In this document: one piece after another, positions 12,858-53,406 of the stretch
Position numbering within the stretch: the stretch's first letter is position 1
Layout of the letters: each line of letters starts with the position of its first letter
DNA from: Flaccisagitta enflata
Taxonomy: Eukaryota
Direction: 5' to 3'
DNA length: 64,000 nt
Assembly (NCBI GenBank): GCA_965153355.1
Contig: OZ231126.1
Location: 41,850,001 to 41,914,000 of the forward strand
Translations under genes and position numbers: made by a program
The notes under the pieces: generated by a model
Database searches by the model: none
What the model was told of the DNA's origin: nothing
What the model saw: only the letters and a program-made list of their open reading frames with translations

Positions 12858-13768
12858 TGTTAGAAATGTATGTCCGTCCGTTTATTAAGTATGTGTGCTT
12901 TTGTTTCTTTTGCGTGCTTTTGGCTTTTCTTCTTTCTCTATTATTCAATGCCAGCGTCTTTTGTTTCTCGCCATTTTTCATAATGAACGCTAGATGGGTA
13001 ACCATATGGTTGCGCCTTGTATTTTGTGCCATTTGTTTTTATTACGTAGCCAAACGTACGTAACTCGTCTTTCGTATCATCCAATTTTGGATTGATTGCT
13101 TTTATTTATTTACGGCATTGCTTCCTAAAGTGATTGATTGATTTTTCGTGATTGATTGAATGTGCCCTTGGAATTCACTAATTTCAATAATCTCTCATCT
13201 TTTTATTGCAGATAAACTTATGAACGGACAATTAACGTTAGTTTGACTTCGACAGACTGTGGGTTGAAACCAACGAAAGTGGGCCTAAAAGTAAGTTTTA
13301 TAGACGCGTCTTTGCTTTTATTAACGTTGCTTTTATTTTGTCTTCCGGTCTGTTATTCTTGTCTTTTGCGTTTTGCATTTTTATCGCCGGATTTTAGTAT
13401 GGTTTTTATCGCTTGCCCGATCAGCTTACTATGGGGATGATATGGATGAATTTAATGGGATAGGCCGGGGCAGGGGCAGGTATTATCAGGTGGCATGGGC
13501 TCTGAAGAAGATGAACATGTTGTCATGTGCTGTTTCTGTCCTTTATTGTGTCCTGTCTCGATTTCATGTTATCTTTTGCGTTTGCTGATCACCATTAACG
13601 CCCACTTTCCCTTTCATTTTTCCCCTTCTCTTCAGTTGTTGAAATTTTTATGGAATAAACGAGACGATCGCCTTCCTATTTTCCAATCGGCCAACTTTCT
13701 TTCACCACAAGTCGTCAGTCAGATAGACGCTCATAGACAGTGCCAGTTGAAACTCGTGGGCGTAGACA
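12858..13768 (+). repeat. 3' LTR of BEL/Pao element
   Basis: Near-identical to 693-1602. Starts TG after the polypurine tract, ends ...GGGCGTAGACA. AATAAA near 13654. Confidence 0.93.
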
Positions 13769-13869
13769 TATGTAGTGCTTTTAAGAGAAAAAAAATCAAA
13801 CTAAGAAGTTGATTCATGTTTGCGCAATAAAGGTTCTTGTTCTTGTGTCAAATGAGATTGAAGCCCCTG

Positions 13870-14200
13870 TATAATAGGCTGTGTCCGTTGGTCGGTTGGT
13901 TGGTTGGTCGGTCGGTCGGTTGGTCGGTCGGTCGGTCGGTCGGTCGGTCGGTCGGTTGGTTGGTCGGTCGGTTGGTCGGTCGGTAACGCATTCATCAAAA
14001 CATCAAAATCAAGCATTTTTTCAACAGAAAAGTGATCCTACCCCAGTAAACGAAGCATACATCAAGTAATTCATTCATTTAATCATTCATTCATTCATTC
14101 ATTCACAAATGAGATTCATTCATAAAAAAAGATTCCTTTATAAATAAAGATTCCTTCATAAAAAAAGATTCCTTCATAAAAAAAAGGTTCCTTCATAAAA
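13870..14200 (+). mobile_element. Helentron/DINE-like non-autonomous repeat, body (its 5' end lies at ~85-110, split by the TIR element)
   Basis: 85-110 TTTTTAGATGCGTCCTCGCATCTCTA joins TATAATAGGCTGTGTCCG-(GGTY)n-(CATT)n. Same layout as the uninterrupted relative at 44500-44790. Confidence 0.65.
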
Positions 14201-14318
14201 AAAACTAGAGATCGAATTTGCCCCTTTCTCCAACCCTAACCATATTTATTCATTCCTGAAAAAAATTTAATTCCATGTGTTTATATCTGATTAATTCAAA
14301 CCTTTGATTATCTTTCAG

Positions 14319-22119
<7,801 letters not shown>

Positions 22120-22196
22120 AGTAATTCTTTTTATGTTTGTGTGTATGATTTGCTTGATTGTTTTATTGGTGATTGCCAGTAAGGGACTGAAAATAT

Positions 22197-23453
22197 GGTA
22201 AAACTCGAATCTCGTCTTCCTCGCGGGAGAAATGTGTGCATTTCCATCACAAACGATGTCTCTAAAATCTGGTGATGATCAGATTAAGTTTACTCATGAC
22301 CGCCACTCCCCTTATATCCCATAGAAAATGTATGGGAAGGATTTTGGGAATTTACTAGATTTAGCAGATTCCCTATCTTTTTTAATGAGGTTTGTTTAAT
22401 TCGTCAACTTTGGCAGCGACCGAAACATACAAAAAAGCAGAAAAACATTCACACAACAATATGAATAGACAAAGAAAATCATTAAATTGAATAAATAGTT
22501 CAAGAATACATTAGGCAACCAGGTCTCTCATTATTGTACAATTGAGATGTAGGCGTAAAGGCGAGAGACAGTACAGTTGTGGTGAGATGTGAGCGAGCTT
22601 GAAAACTTGTTACTGGCTTTTGCAAAAATATCACAAAGGGACTTGTATCCAAACCCTTCTCTGAGTGCACGGACACTTTCCCATCTATGGAAAGTGAATA
22701 TTTTTCTGATGGCATCGTTGATGGCAGTCGTACAGTCAATCGTTTGTCTGGAGGAGTACTCCTTTACAGCAGCAGCGTATGAAAAATATGGAACACAATG
22801 TGTGTAAAGCAAATGCATTGAGATAAGTTTATCTGGCGTACGCAGTTGATTCAAAACCGAGTTTGCCGGTCTATAGAAGGACCGCAAATCTTCTTCATGA
22901 GAGAATGTGAGTGATGGATTGGCCATAATGTGGATGCCCAGATATTTAATTTGGTTGACAAACTCAATTATACCGCCGTTAATTGATAATGGTTGGATTG
23001 TGGAATGATCAATAGTCTTCTTTGAAAAAATCATCACCTTAGATTTTTTTGCATTAAAAGATAAACCATACGTCTTACAGTATGTCTCACAATCAATGAT
23101 CATTCGCTGTAAACCATGCCTTGTTGGCGCTAGTAGCACGATATCGTCAGCGTAGAATATGGAAGCAAGAAACATATTTCTGATATGGCATCCAATCATC
23201 TTAGATCGTAGTAATTTGGTCAAGCCATCGAAATAACATGAGAAGAAATCCGGAGAGTATATACCCCCCTGCTTAATACCTAGTGGAACAGGGAAGGATT
23301 GGCTTGTTTCAGCTCCCCATTTGACAAAGGAGAATAGGGTGGGGTGGCGATCGTGAGTAAACTTTACCTGATCCTCACCAGATTTTAGATTCATTATCTA
23401 TGATGAAATGGTCACATTTCTCTCACGAGGGAGACGAGATTTGAGTTTTACCA
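22197..23453. mobile_element. MITE with ~115-bp imperfect inverted arms, interrupted by a LINE fragment
   Basis: 22197-22311 is the diverged reverse complement of ~23340-23453 (e.g. TCTAAAATCTGGTGATGATCAG vs CTGATCCTCACCAGATTTTAGA). Confidence 0.7.
22385..23335 (-). mobile_element. 5'-truncated non-LTR retrotransposon (LINE) with reverse transcriptase C-terminal half
   Basis: ORF 22531-23394(-) has GIKQGGIYSP, FYADDIVLL, GLSFNAKKS and KYLG motifs. The first ~20 codons of the ORF come from the flanking MITE arm. Ends approximate. Confidence 0.9.
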
Positions 23454-24811
23454 CGTTATCAGTCATCCTATTGCCCTCTTGTCAGTTCGTTTCCGATTGA
23501 TCTACTCTAAACTACAAATAATCGTTATTTCCATTAGAAACTCCATGGAAATTTGCATGCAATTGTTGGACAAGTTTTTACAATTGTTATTAAGTGAACA
23601 ACTGTCAAATCAGCTATCTTGTGACATGTACTTATTTTAAGAAAACAACATTGTTCATTTGGGTATTACACATATGTATTTGCAGTAAGAAAACCACAGA
23701 ATATTTTGATAAACTCTTGTGCATATGTGCAATGACCCTAAAGCAACGTACATAGTTTTTTCATCAATGAGAATGGATATTTTCCTTTCTTTAGTCGCAG
23801 ATTACTGACGATCCAGATACGGTTTTGGAGAAAGAACGGGATGAGGCCTCACCGATAGGCTAAACGCAACATTCTTGCGTGGACCCAGAGATGACCTTCA
23901 ATCATCCTCCATTCATCAATGCAATTTGTAACCCTTCCAAACCATCCCACCCCCTCGCGCATTCCCCACTCCTATGAAATTCTACTTATGGTCAATGGGC
24001 ATCTATCTGCATATTTGCATCTACCGACTTTCGGTTTTGAGTGCGCCAACGCGCCACTATATGCGGTCGCGTCCGTCCGTCAGTCGGTTGGTCACGCTAA
24101 TATATTGCTATCCACCCGGGGCACCTTTTGGCCTACTCAGAAGAGTGTTTTAGGTGATTTTGCGTTAATTTTTCTGCCCCTGAGATTGTCCCTCTGATCA
24201 AGGCTTCAATAATGTGCTCATCGTTACAATCTTTCTGTTTTGGAGAACATCTACAGACTTCGGTGTACATGATTGAAAAAGAAGTTTAGATGGAGTTCAT
24301 CTATTGTGCAATTCATTTTATTGACATCAAAACTGATGTTTAAACACAAAGTACATTTTTCCTCTTGACCTTACCGAGAAATATACTGCGGAGCTTATGA
24401 TCAGCTAAAATCAGGAAGGATAGTTACCAAGATAGTTTCTCGTAGATGATTTCATCACTGGTCACTGGATCATGATGCAAAAGCTTTAGGTGGAATTTGA
24501 GATCATTGAGTGGAACATTCTAATGATTATTTGCCCTTCTTGTGCTACAATCCCAATGTTTCTTTTTTCCTTCCTGATGATGACCTATACATTTCTTGGC
24601 CGATTTGCCACTTCTTTCATGCAGTAGTAAGTAGTTCGAACGGTGCAAACTAACCAGTGCCCCTGTAGCTGTCTGCAAATCAAACTGGAAAGCGATGGTA
24701 AGAGTAAAGCGAAGCTAATTGAAGGCCTGGCTGATATGGGGCTGATGATAAGGGGCTGATAAGGGGCCTGCAGGCCTTAATTGGGTTTTGAAAACCTCTA
24801 AAGCATAAAGA

Positions 24812-25370
24812 GAAAAACAGTCGCCCATTTGAAATATGTGTAAAGCGATACCCGCCCTGCTTTGTATGTTGGTGATTGGGGGGTACGATGTCCTTTGGAA
24901 CACAGGGGGACTTTTGCTCAATTAAGTCTGTGAGGCTGGGATTCGAGCCTTAGGCTGGAATTTGAGCCTTGAGGCCGGGATTAGAGCTTCCAGGCTGAAA
25001 TTTGTCCTTGAGGCTGGAATTTGAGCCGCTGGGCTGGTATTTGAACCGCAGGGCTGGTATTTGAGCCTGAAGGCTTGGATTTGAGCTTCTGGGCAGGGGT
25101 TTGAGCCTCCAGGCCAAGATTTGAGCCTGGAGGTTATGATTTGAGCCTCCAGGCTGGGATTTGAGCCTTCAGGCAGGAATTTGAGCCTCCAGGCTGGGAT
25201 TTGAGCCTTGAGGCTGGGATTTGAGCCTTGAGGCTGGAATTTGAGCCCTGAGGGTGGAATTTGAGCCTTGAGGCTGGGGGGGGGACAAACAAACAAACAA
25301 ACGAACGGACAGATGAAAGTCTTCCTGTGTTCTACAGGACATCGCCCCCTTAGGGGCCGCTGCCCAAAAA
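24812..25370 (-). mobile_element. Helentron-associated element, same family as 15683-16490
   Basis: GGGGCCGCTGCCCAAAAA terminus, CCTGTGTTCTACAGGAC motif, 20-bp GCTGGGATTTGAGCCTTGAG tandem units. Confidence 0.65.
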
Positions 25371-25793
25371 CAAAAAAAAATCTAAGATGTTTTCAGGTCA
25401 TTCTTATCCATTCAAGATATTATTTAAGGATATTTTCAAACTCAGCCACCAAGAGAAAGACGACAATCGATAATTATGTCTGTATGCCTCATCTATAATG
25501 CTCAAGGAGGTCCTATCAACCAGGTTGGGTACCAGCATTCATTCAAATCGAGCTTGAACAAGAATCTTTGTGCAGCTGCCATTGGCCCAAATCATCGAAA
25601 TCATTCTCTGAATGGTCGAAGCGTCAGCGTCAGCTGGTTAGGCGTCTGTTTACTATTCTTTTGGTTCCTTATCAAAGTTTGAGCCAAGCTTGTGATCACC
25701 GGATTCCGCCCCTCAACCTTTGCCTTGCCCTTCGATGAAGAAAGAAGAGCGCGACTTTTTGGCGTCCAATTGTCCATCCATAGAAAGAGGAAG

Positions 25794-30074
<4,281 letters not shown>

Positions 30075-30894
30075 GAACTCCTTTGCATCACTGCCCCTGA
30101 CCCTGCTCAAACTCACGCGATGATCAAGGAGGTTCTAGTTCCTCTCGTGCCGCGTCCAGGGACTCCAGGCATTTGGCCGCACTTGTCCAAAGATTGAGTT
30201 TTTTTTTTCGTTGATTATCGTTGAAATTTTTTTGTACTCATTGGTGTTAAGACTTTTACCATTAGTTTTGATATTTCATGCGGGTCAGAGCTACAGAACT
30301 GATTCGGCTGTTTTATTCCATTTTTTCTTCCTTTCTCTTATAACCTCCGTTATTCAATCCATGAAGCGTTCAAAAGATTCAATCAATTGCATGATTTGAT
30401 CCAGCTTTAAAGGCTGTGCTTTCCATTGAGGCAAACATCATTTTGCTAAACATAGTTAAGAGACCGATGGCGATGCTTGTATTTGAAATCATCCGCTTGA
30501 TTCAATGGAATTTAAATCTAGCCCTTTTAGACTTAATTCGTGGTAGATCACAGTGCAAACAACCCGAATTCCTGATTAAAACTATTTGATCCTCTTCATT
30601 CACCCAATTCTATTTCTGCGTGTATGTTTCAATTTTGTTGATCGCGCTTGCGAGAATGATTTGATCTTCTGCTTTTTCCTGTATTTTTCTATTCAAAAAA
30701 GTAAGTTACAAAAAAGATCGTCTCAGGTACTTCAGGTGCATCGTGTAGGATGGAACAGTACCAAAACTAGCTGTATTTATGCCCTGAGGCAATTATAAAA
30801 TGAACAAGGCTTAGCAATAGCCAGAAATGTCTTTTATATGCTCTTTTGTACAGCGAGAGCGATCTGATTTGATTTGAATGACATGAAAAAAATG

Positions 30895-31223
<329 letters not shown>

Positions 31224-33121
31224 TGGAAAAAGAAAATAAAACGATTCTTATCATAGTAGCATTAGTTTTATTATCAATAGAGTATTGGATAATAAACATG
31301 AGCAAATTTGGATACAAAATGTGGGAAAAATCGAGGACTTAGTTGGGGAATAAACCCTCATACATATTGCTAAGATTTGACTAACACATCGATGTAACAT
31401 ATTGTTACGTTAAAAGAGAAAACCTTTATATCGAATATCACAAGCAGACCCAAAATGAAATTTACCACCTAAAACAACTCGTAAAAGAAGAAAACTACTC
31501 TAATGGCATTTGTGATATACCGTACATAGGACGTCTGCCAAGAGAAAAAAATGGAAAAAAAGAAAACACAGGAAACGAAAATGCTTTTAATCCCCTCTAT
31601 AAGAATCGCTAGCGATACGGTTTTACAACATTACAATGTTGGTATAATAGCAAATAATATTTTGACCCCTTTGACTTATGAAATTCTCAATACAGCTTGT
31701 CGTATTCAAATCAATTCTTTTTTCTAACAATCCAAGAAGTACGATGATGAAATAAAGAAAAACCTTGATATTACTTCCTAGATCATAAGTTTGCCACCTC
31801 ACATCTGTAACAAAATAGCATAGATAATGATTTATCAAAAATTATTTCATTGATATTTTTTCTGTTTTTATTAACAAATATTTAATTCTTATTTGATTCT
31901 TTTATGCCATCTAAAAAAAAATGTTCTGCTCTTTATTAAAGAAAATTAAAGAAATTAAAGTGCAAAAAATGCTATGGGAAAAAAATAATCTAACAATTTA
32001 AACAGATTTCTGCATATCTTTTAAATTAGGGTGACTAACTTTTGAGCTAGATCGTAGAGGAAATACATCTCACTCCAATTGAGAGATATGATTGAATGAT
32101 AACAAAATAATTAAAATTTTTCAATGGTAGCAAGAATATGAAAAAATTTGTTTTGGTATAAAAGACAACGTCAAGCAGACAGGAACGATTTCTTTTTCTC
32201 CACATAATTCGAATAATAGGAAACAGTGAAAAAAAGTAATTTCTGTTTAACCATGTCACAATATGAATAACAATTGAGTGATAATGAAATGATCTAGAGT
32301 ATGCATGTTGATTCGATGAATTGTTATAACCGTTAGCACGTGAAAATCATTCTAAGGTCACATGGTTCGCTGGAGACAGTTCACTACACACTCGTCCCGC
32401 TGTAACCGGTAAAAGGCTGTGCGTGGTTTAGTCATATAATGGATATGTCAATATGTCGATGATGCGTCTTTTGAGGCGTTTTTTTTTTTTTTTTTTTGCG
32501 AAGCTTAAGATACTTAGTCTTTTGCGTCGATAAGTCATAAACTTGTTCATCTCGTTTTGTCATTACTGTAGTTGGAATGGGAGAAACGTTTTTTGTTCTT
32601 GCAAATCTGCCAAAGTCAAATGCCAATTGGTTAGGTTCGATTGTCATCTGAAGTTTGATTGACTAAAGATATTTTTCGCAGGTATTCCAATTTTCCAAGG
32701 TGCGCATTGGCGCGGGCCAATTGATAATCATTTGAAAGACACGTCATTATGAAGCTCAACGTTTCATTTATCTCCCTATTTCTGCATGAGATCGGTTAGC
32801 TTTTCCTTGTCACTGCGCGTTATCCATTCATGCTCGCCACAGGTATTTTGGCTGTTTGCGCGGTCATATTTGCAATTTACGCTTCCTTATGTTTATCTCA
32901 AAATCACAGAGACTGATTTATCCTTCAAATTAGATGTATCTGATCTTACCCCCATGTGTTGCATCGAACATACATGAATGCAGCCCGAGATTCACAACGC
33001 GAGCAAGTAGAGCATGAATTTATATTTGTAACTTTCGTACGTATGATTTAAATGAGGATGAAGATGGATGACGATAGTAAACAAAATGATCGACGGATGA
33101 TTGCATGAAGCGAGAGAAAGG

Positions 33122-49952
<16,831 letters not shown>

Positions 49953-49970
49953 CTGTGTGTCCATGATGGG

Positions 49971-50053
<83 letters not shown>

Positions 50054-50923
50054 GACAGACAGTGACAGATAGACAGACAGAGACAGACAGACAGAGTTCA
50101 GTAGGGACAGGGAGAAAGCAAGGGAAAGAGAGATATAGGGGCGCACTTTCTATTATTATTCTATTCTCATGCACAAATAGATTTTAAACTTAGACGGAAA
50201 TATAACATTCTCAAGTTGGCCGTTCTACCGAGTGTTCAATAAAAAAAAAGCTACAGCAGTTGTGGCAGGACAAAAGTATGCCTTTTAGTGAAGCCTCATT
50301 GTTGCAAATATAGAAATAACTACAGTGGACCATAGCCAGAGCGTACCCAATGCTAAGACATGCCCGCCTATAAGGCATGCAACCTCCTGTTCTGTGAGAG
50401 TTTTTTTAAGTTATTCCTATATTGGCAGCTTCACTATAAGGTATGATTTTGTTCAGTCCCCTGAAATGCGCTTTAGTGAAGCTCAACTGTAGAAAAGGAC
50501 TGAAAACTTTCACGCCTTATATTATAGTGAGTATTATATTTCACGCCTTATATCATAGTGAGCTCTTGCAAGGTTTGACTGTATTTTCCAATGAAAATCT
50601 AGAAGGAAAATGATTACTTTTTGGTGATTACCCGATATCATCTATAAAAAGGCGTAATTTACTATCTGCTCATATCATACATGAAATCTTCATATGAATG
50701 GGGAAAGAAAGGAAAAAAAGTGGAGCTGGCTGCAGCGCAAAAAATATCACGCCGTGAGATTCATGTAAGAAAACCCTGCATAATTTCAGAGGAGGCCAAT
50801 GCTCTTTTTTCTTTTCTTTTTTCTTTTTTAATTTTATTTTTGCGTTAAGAGGTAGCTGAAAATGCCCCCTCCCCCTCTCATCCATTTCTCACCACCCCCG
50901 CTTTTCTTTTTTCCATAGTTGTA

Positions 50924-53341
50924 CGGGTGGCGTGTTCAGGAATTCCATAAAATTAATTGAACATGCTCTGCAGATGTTTTGGTACGGGTTACCATATGTA
51001 TAACAAGGGGAAACCCTCGTTTGGCATTTTTGAGCCGTCCCCGGACTGCCCGTCGCACTGAAAGATGGCCACCAAAGGCCAAAAAAGGCCAAAATTGATT
51101 TCCCACCCCCCACTTTAGAAAAATGCGAAAGCAGTTGAATTTTTATCATCAAGCATCGTTTTTGGGCTCGTTGGACACAAAAAACATAAAGGTAGGTAGT
51201 CAGGTGGGTAGTTGGGTGGGGTGACCCATGGGGTGGGGGTAAGGTGGCCAAATTGGCCAAAAATCACCCCCTGATGGAGGTGGTTGTAAAAAATGACAAA
51301 AATCAAAATTGTTGATTTTTTTGTCAATTGGGATTCTGCAAAAAAATTGGTATTATTTGGGTTTTTGGACAAAAAACGGCCTAAATGAAGTTTTGGGGGT
51401 TGTTGTAATTTTTGCTGGCTGAATACCTTACCTTTGTTTGCTTATAGCTTCTAAACGCTTTAATTGCCAAAAATCTGGTTGGTCTCATCTGAAAGACCTT
51501 TTGAAAAGCTTTCAGAAGCTCATGAATTTTAATTGATTTGATTCAGAAATGGCGGTACAGTGATCTCCCAAAGTACAGTAAAAAATCATACTTTGGCATC
51601 ATTTGACCCATCAACTTTGTTGGCTTATAACTTTTTATTGGTAAAAGCTAGTAAAACGCGGTTGGTCTCATCTGAAAGATCTCTTGAAAATATTTCAGAA
51701 GCTCATGAGTTTTAATTGATTTGATTCAGAAATGGTGGTACAGTGATCTCCCAAAGTACAGTAAAAAATCATACTTTGGCATCATTTGACCCATCAGCTT
51801 TGTTGGCTTATAACTTTTTATTGGTGAAAGCTAGTAAAACATGGTTGGTCTCATCTGAAAGCTCTTTTAAAAATCTTTCAGAAGCTCATGAATTTTAATT
51901 GATTTGGTTCAAAAACGGCTGTACAGTGATCTCCCAAAGTACAGAACAAAATCAAGCTTTTTCATCATTTTAACTGTAAACTTTGTTGGCCTATAACTTT
52001 TTTTGGTTAAAAGCTACTAAAAACGGTTGGTCTCATTTAAGAGATCTTTCAAAAAACTTACAAAAGCTCATGAATTTCCATCAATTTGATCCAAAAATAG
52101 CAATCAAAGGTACAGTAGGAGTCAACTTCGCTCCTAGCTATTTATCCTCAAAAGCTAGCAAAACGTGATATATCTTAACTAGTTGGTCTGGACTCAATTT
52201 GCGAGGTGTGAAAACCAGCAAAAACAAGGCCGGATACATGGCTACCTCAGTTGTGTGGGGGGTGGGCAGGAGCAGTGCTGGAGAAGGTCACTTACGCATT
52301 TGGGCAGGAGCAGTAGACTGAAATAGAACAAAAACGCCAAAAAAGTAAGGTCGCAAAAGCGTCAGATGGTCAGCGGTACCCGTGCCCTGCCTAAGTAGGT
52401 TGTGGTTGAAGTTGAGGGGGGAGCAGGGCAGCGGCCCCGAAGGGGTCGATGACCTATGCTTTCACACATATGGGGGATTTTCTCCTTCTCCTCCTCCTCC
52501 TCCTCTCCTGGGATTGGGCCTCTTGGCTGGGATTTGCACCTGTAAGCTGAGATTTGGACCTCAAGGCCGGTCACCCTGATCAGGATTAAGTAATAGAATC
52601 GCTTATGGGCACTGATGCTACAAAAATGGAAGTCCTTTTTGGTTGTTTTTGTGGATAAAAATTCATAAAAAATATTTTTTGCATCTTTCTACATGCTCTA
52701 TTGGTAATTAGGTGTTCATTTCAGGTCTTGGTCTCAAAGTGAATCTTTAAATTGACCCAATTCTTTTTATTAAATATGAGGCTAAAGTAGTAGCATTTTT
52801 GCGCCATTTTCCTGGAAGATTAAAAACTGCCTTTTTGAGCTCATTCTGTATTCTGACACTTATGTATTGTCCCCTACATGATTGTCCAATTTTAGAATTA
52901 AATTGAAGGTTGTATAATGATTCATCATTAATTATTTTGATACAAAAAACAACAGTTTTAAGGCATAAATGATTCTAGTACCTAAAACCATATGAATGTA
53001 GAAAGGGTGCGGTATATGGGCCTCCAGGTTAGGATTTTGGCATTTAGGCTAGGATTTGGGCCTTGGGGCTAGGATTTGGGCCTCACGACTGGGGTTTGTG
53101 CTTCGAGACTGGAATTTGGGCATGGAGACTGGGATTTGAGGGGGAGAATGGAGAAGAAGAAGAAGTAGGAGGAGGAGGACTGGGATTTGTGCCTCTAGAC
53201 TGGAATTCGGGCCTCGAGACTGGGATTTGAAGAAGGAGGAGAAGGAGGAGGAGAAGGAGAAAAAATCCCCATATGTTCTCACCGTCTGTTTCTCACCGGC
53301 TATCTGTCTCTCTGCCTGTTAGCGTATATGCGTGCATATGA

Positions 53342-53406
<65 letters not shown>

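Larger units (their letters stand above)
693..13768 (+). mobile_element. Full-length BEL/Pao-superfamily LTR retrotransposon (~13.1 kb)
   Basis: Two ~910-bp direct repeats starting TGTTAG (693, 12858) and ending ...CA (1602, 13768). Flanking duplication TATGTAG at 686-692 and 13769-13775. Purine tract AAAAATGGGGCAGAA just before the 3' LTR. Internal order is gag (three BEL-type Zn knuckles), protease, RT, RNase H, integrase. Confidence 0.95.
111..13869. mobile_element. Non-autonomous TIR DNA transposon (~680 bp when empty) interrupted by the BEL/Pao element
   Basis: 25-bp TIRs: CAGGGTCTTCAATCTCATTTGACAC (111-135) and GTGTCAAATGAGATTGAAGCCCCTG (13845-13869), one mismatch. TA on both flanks (109-110, 13870-13871). 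Confidence 0.85.
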
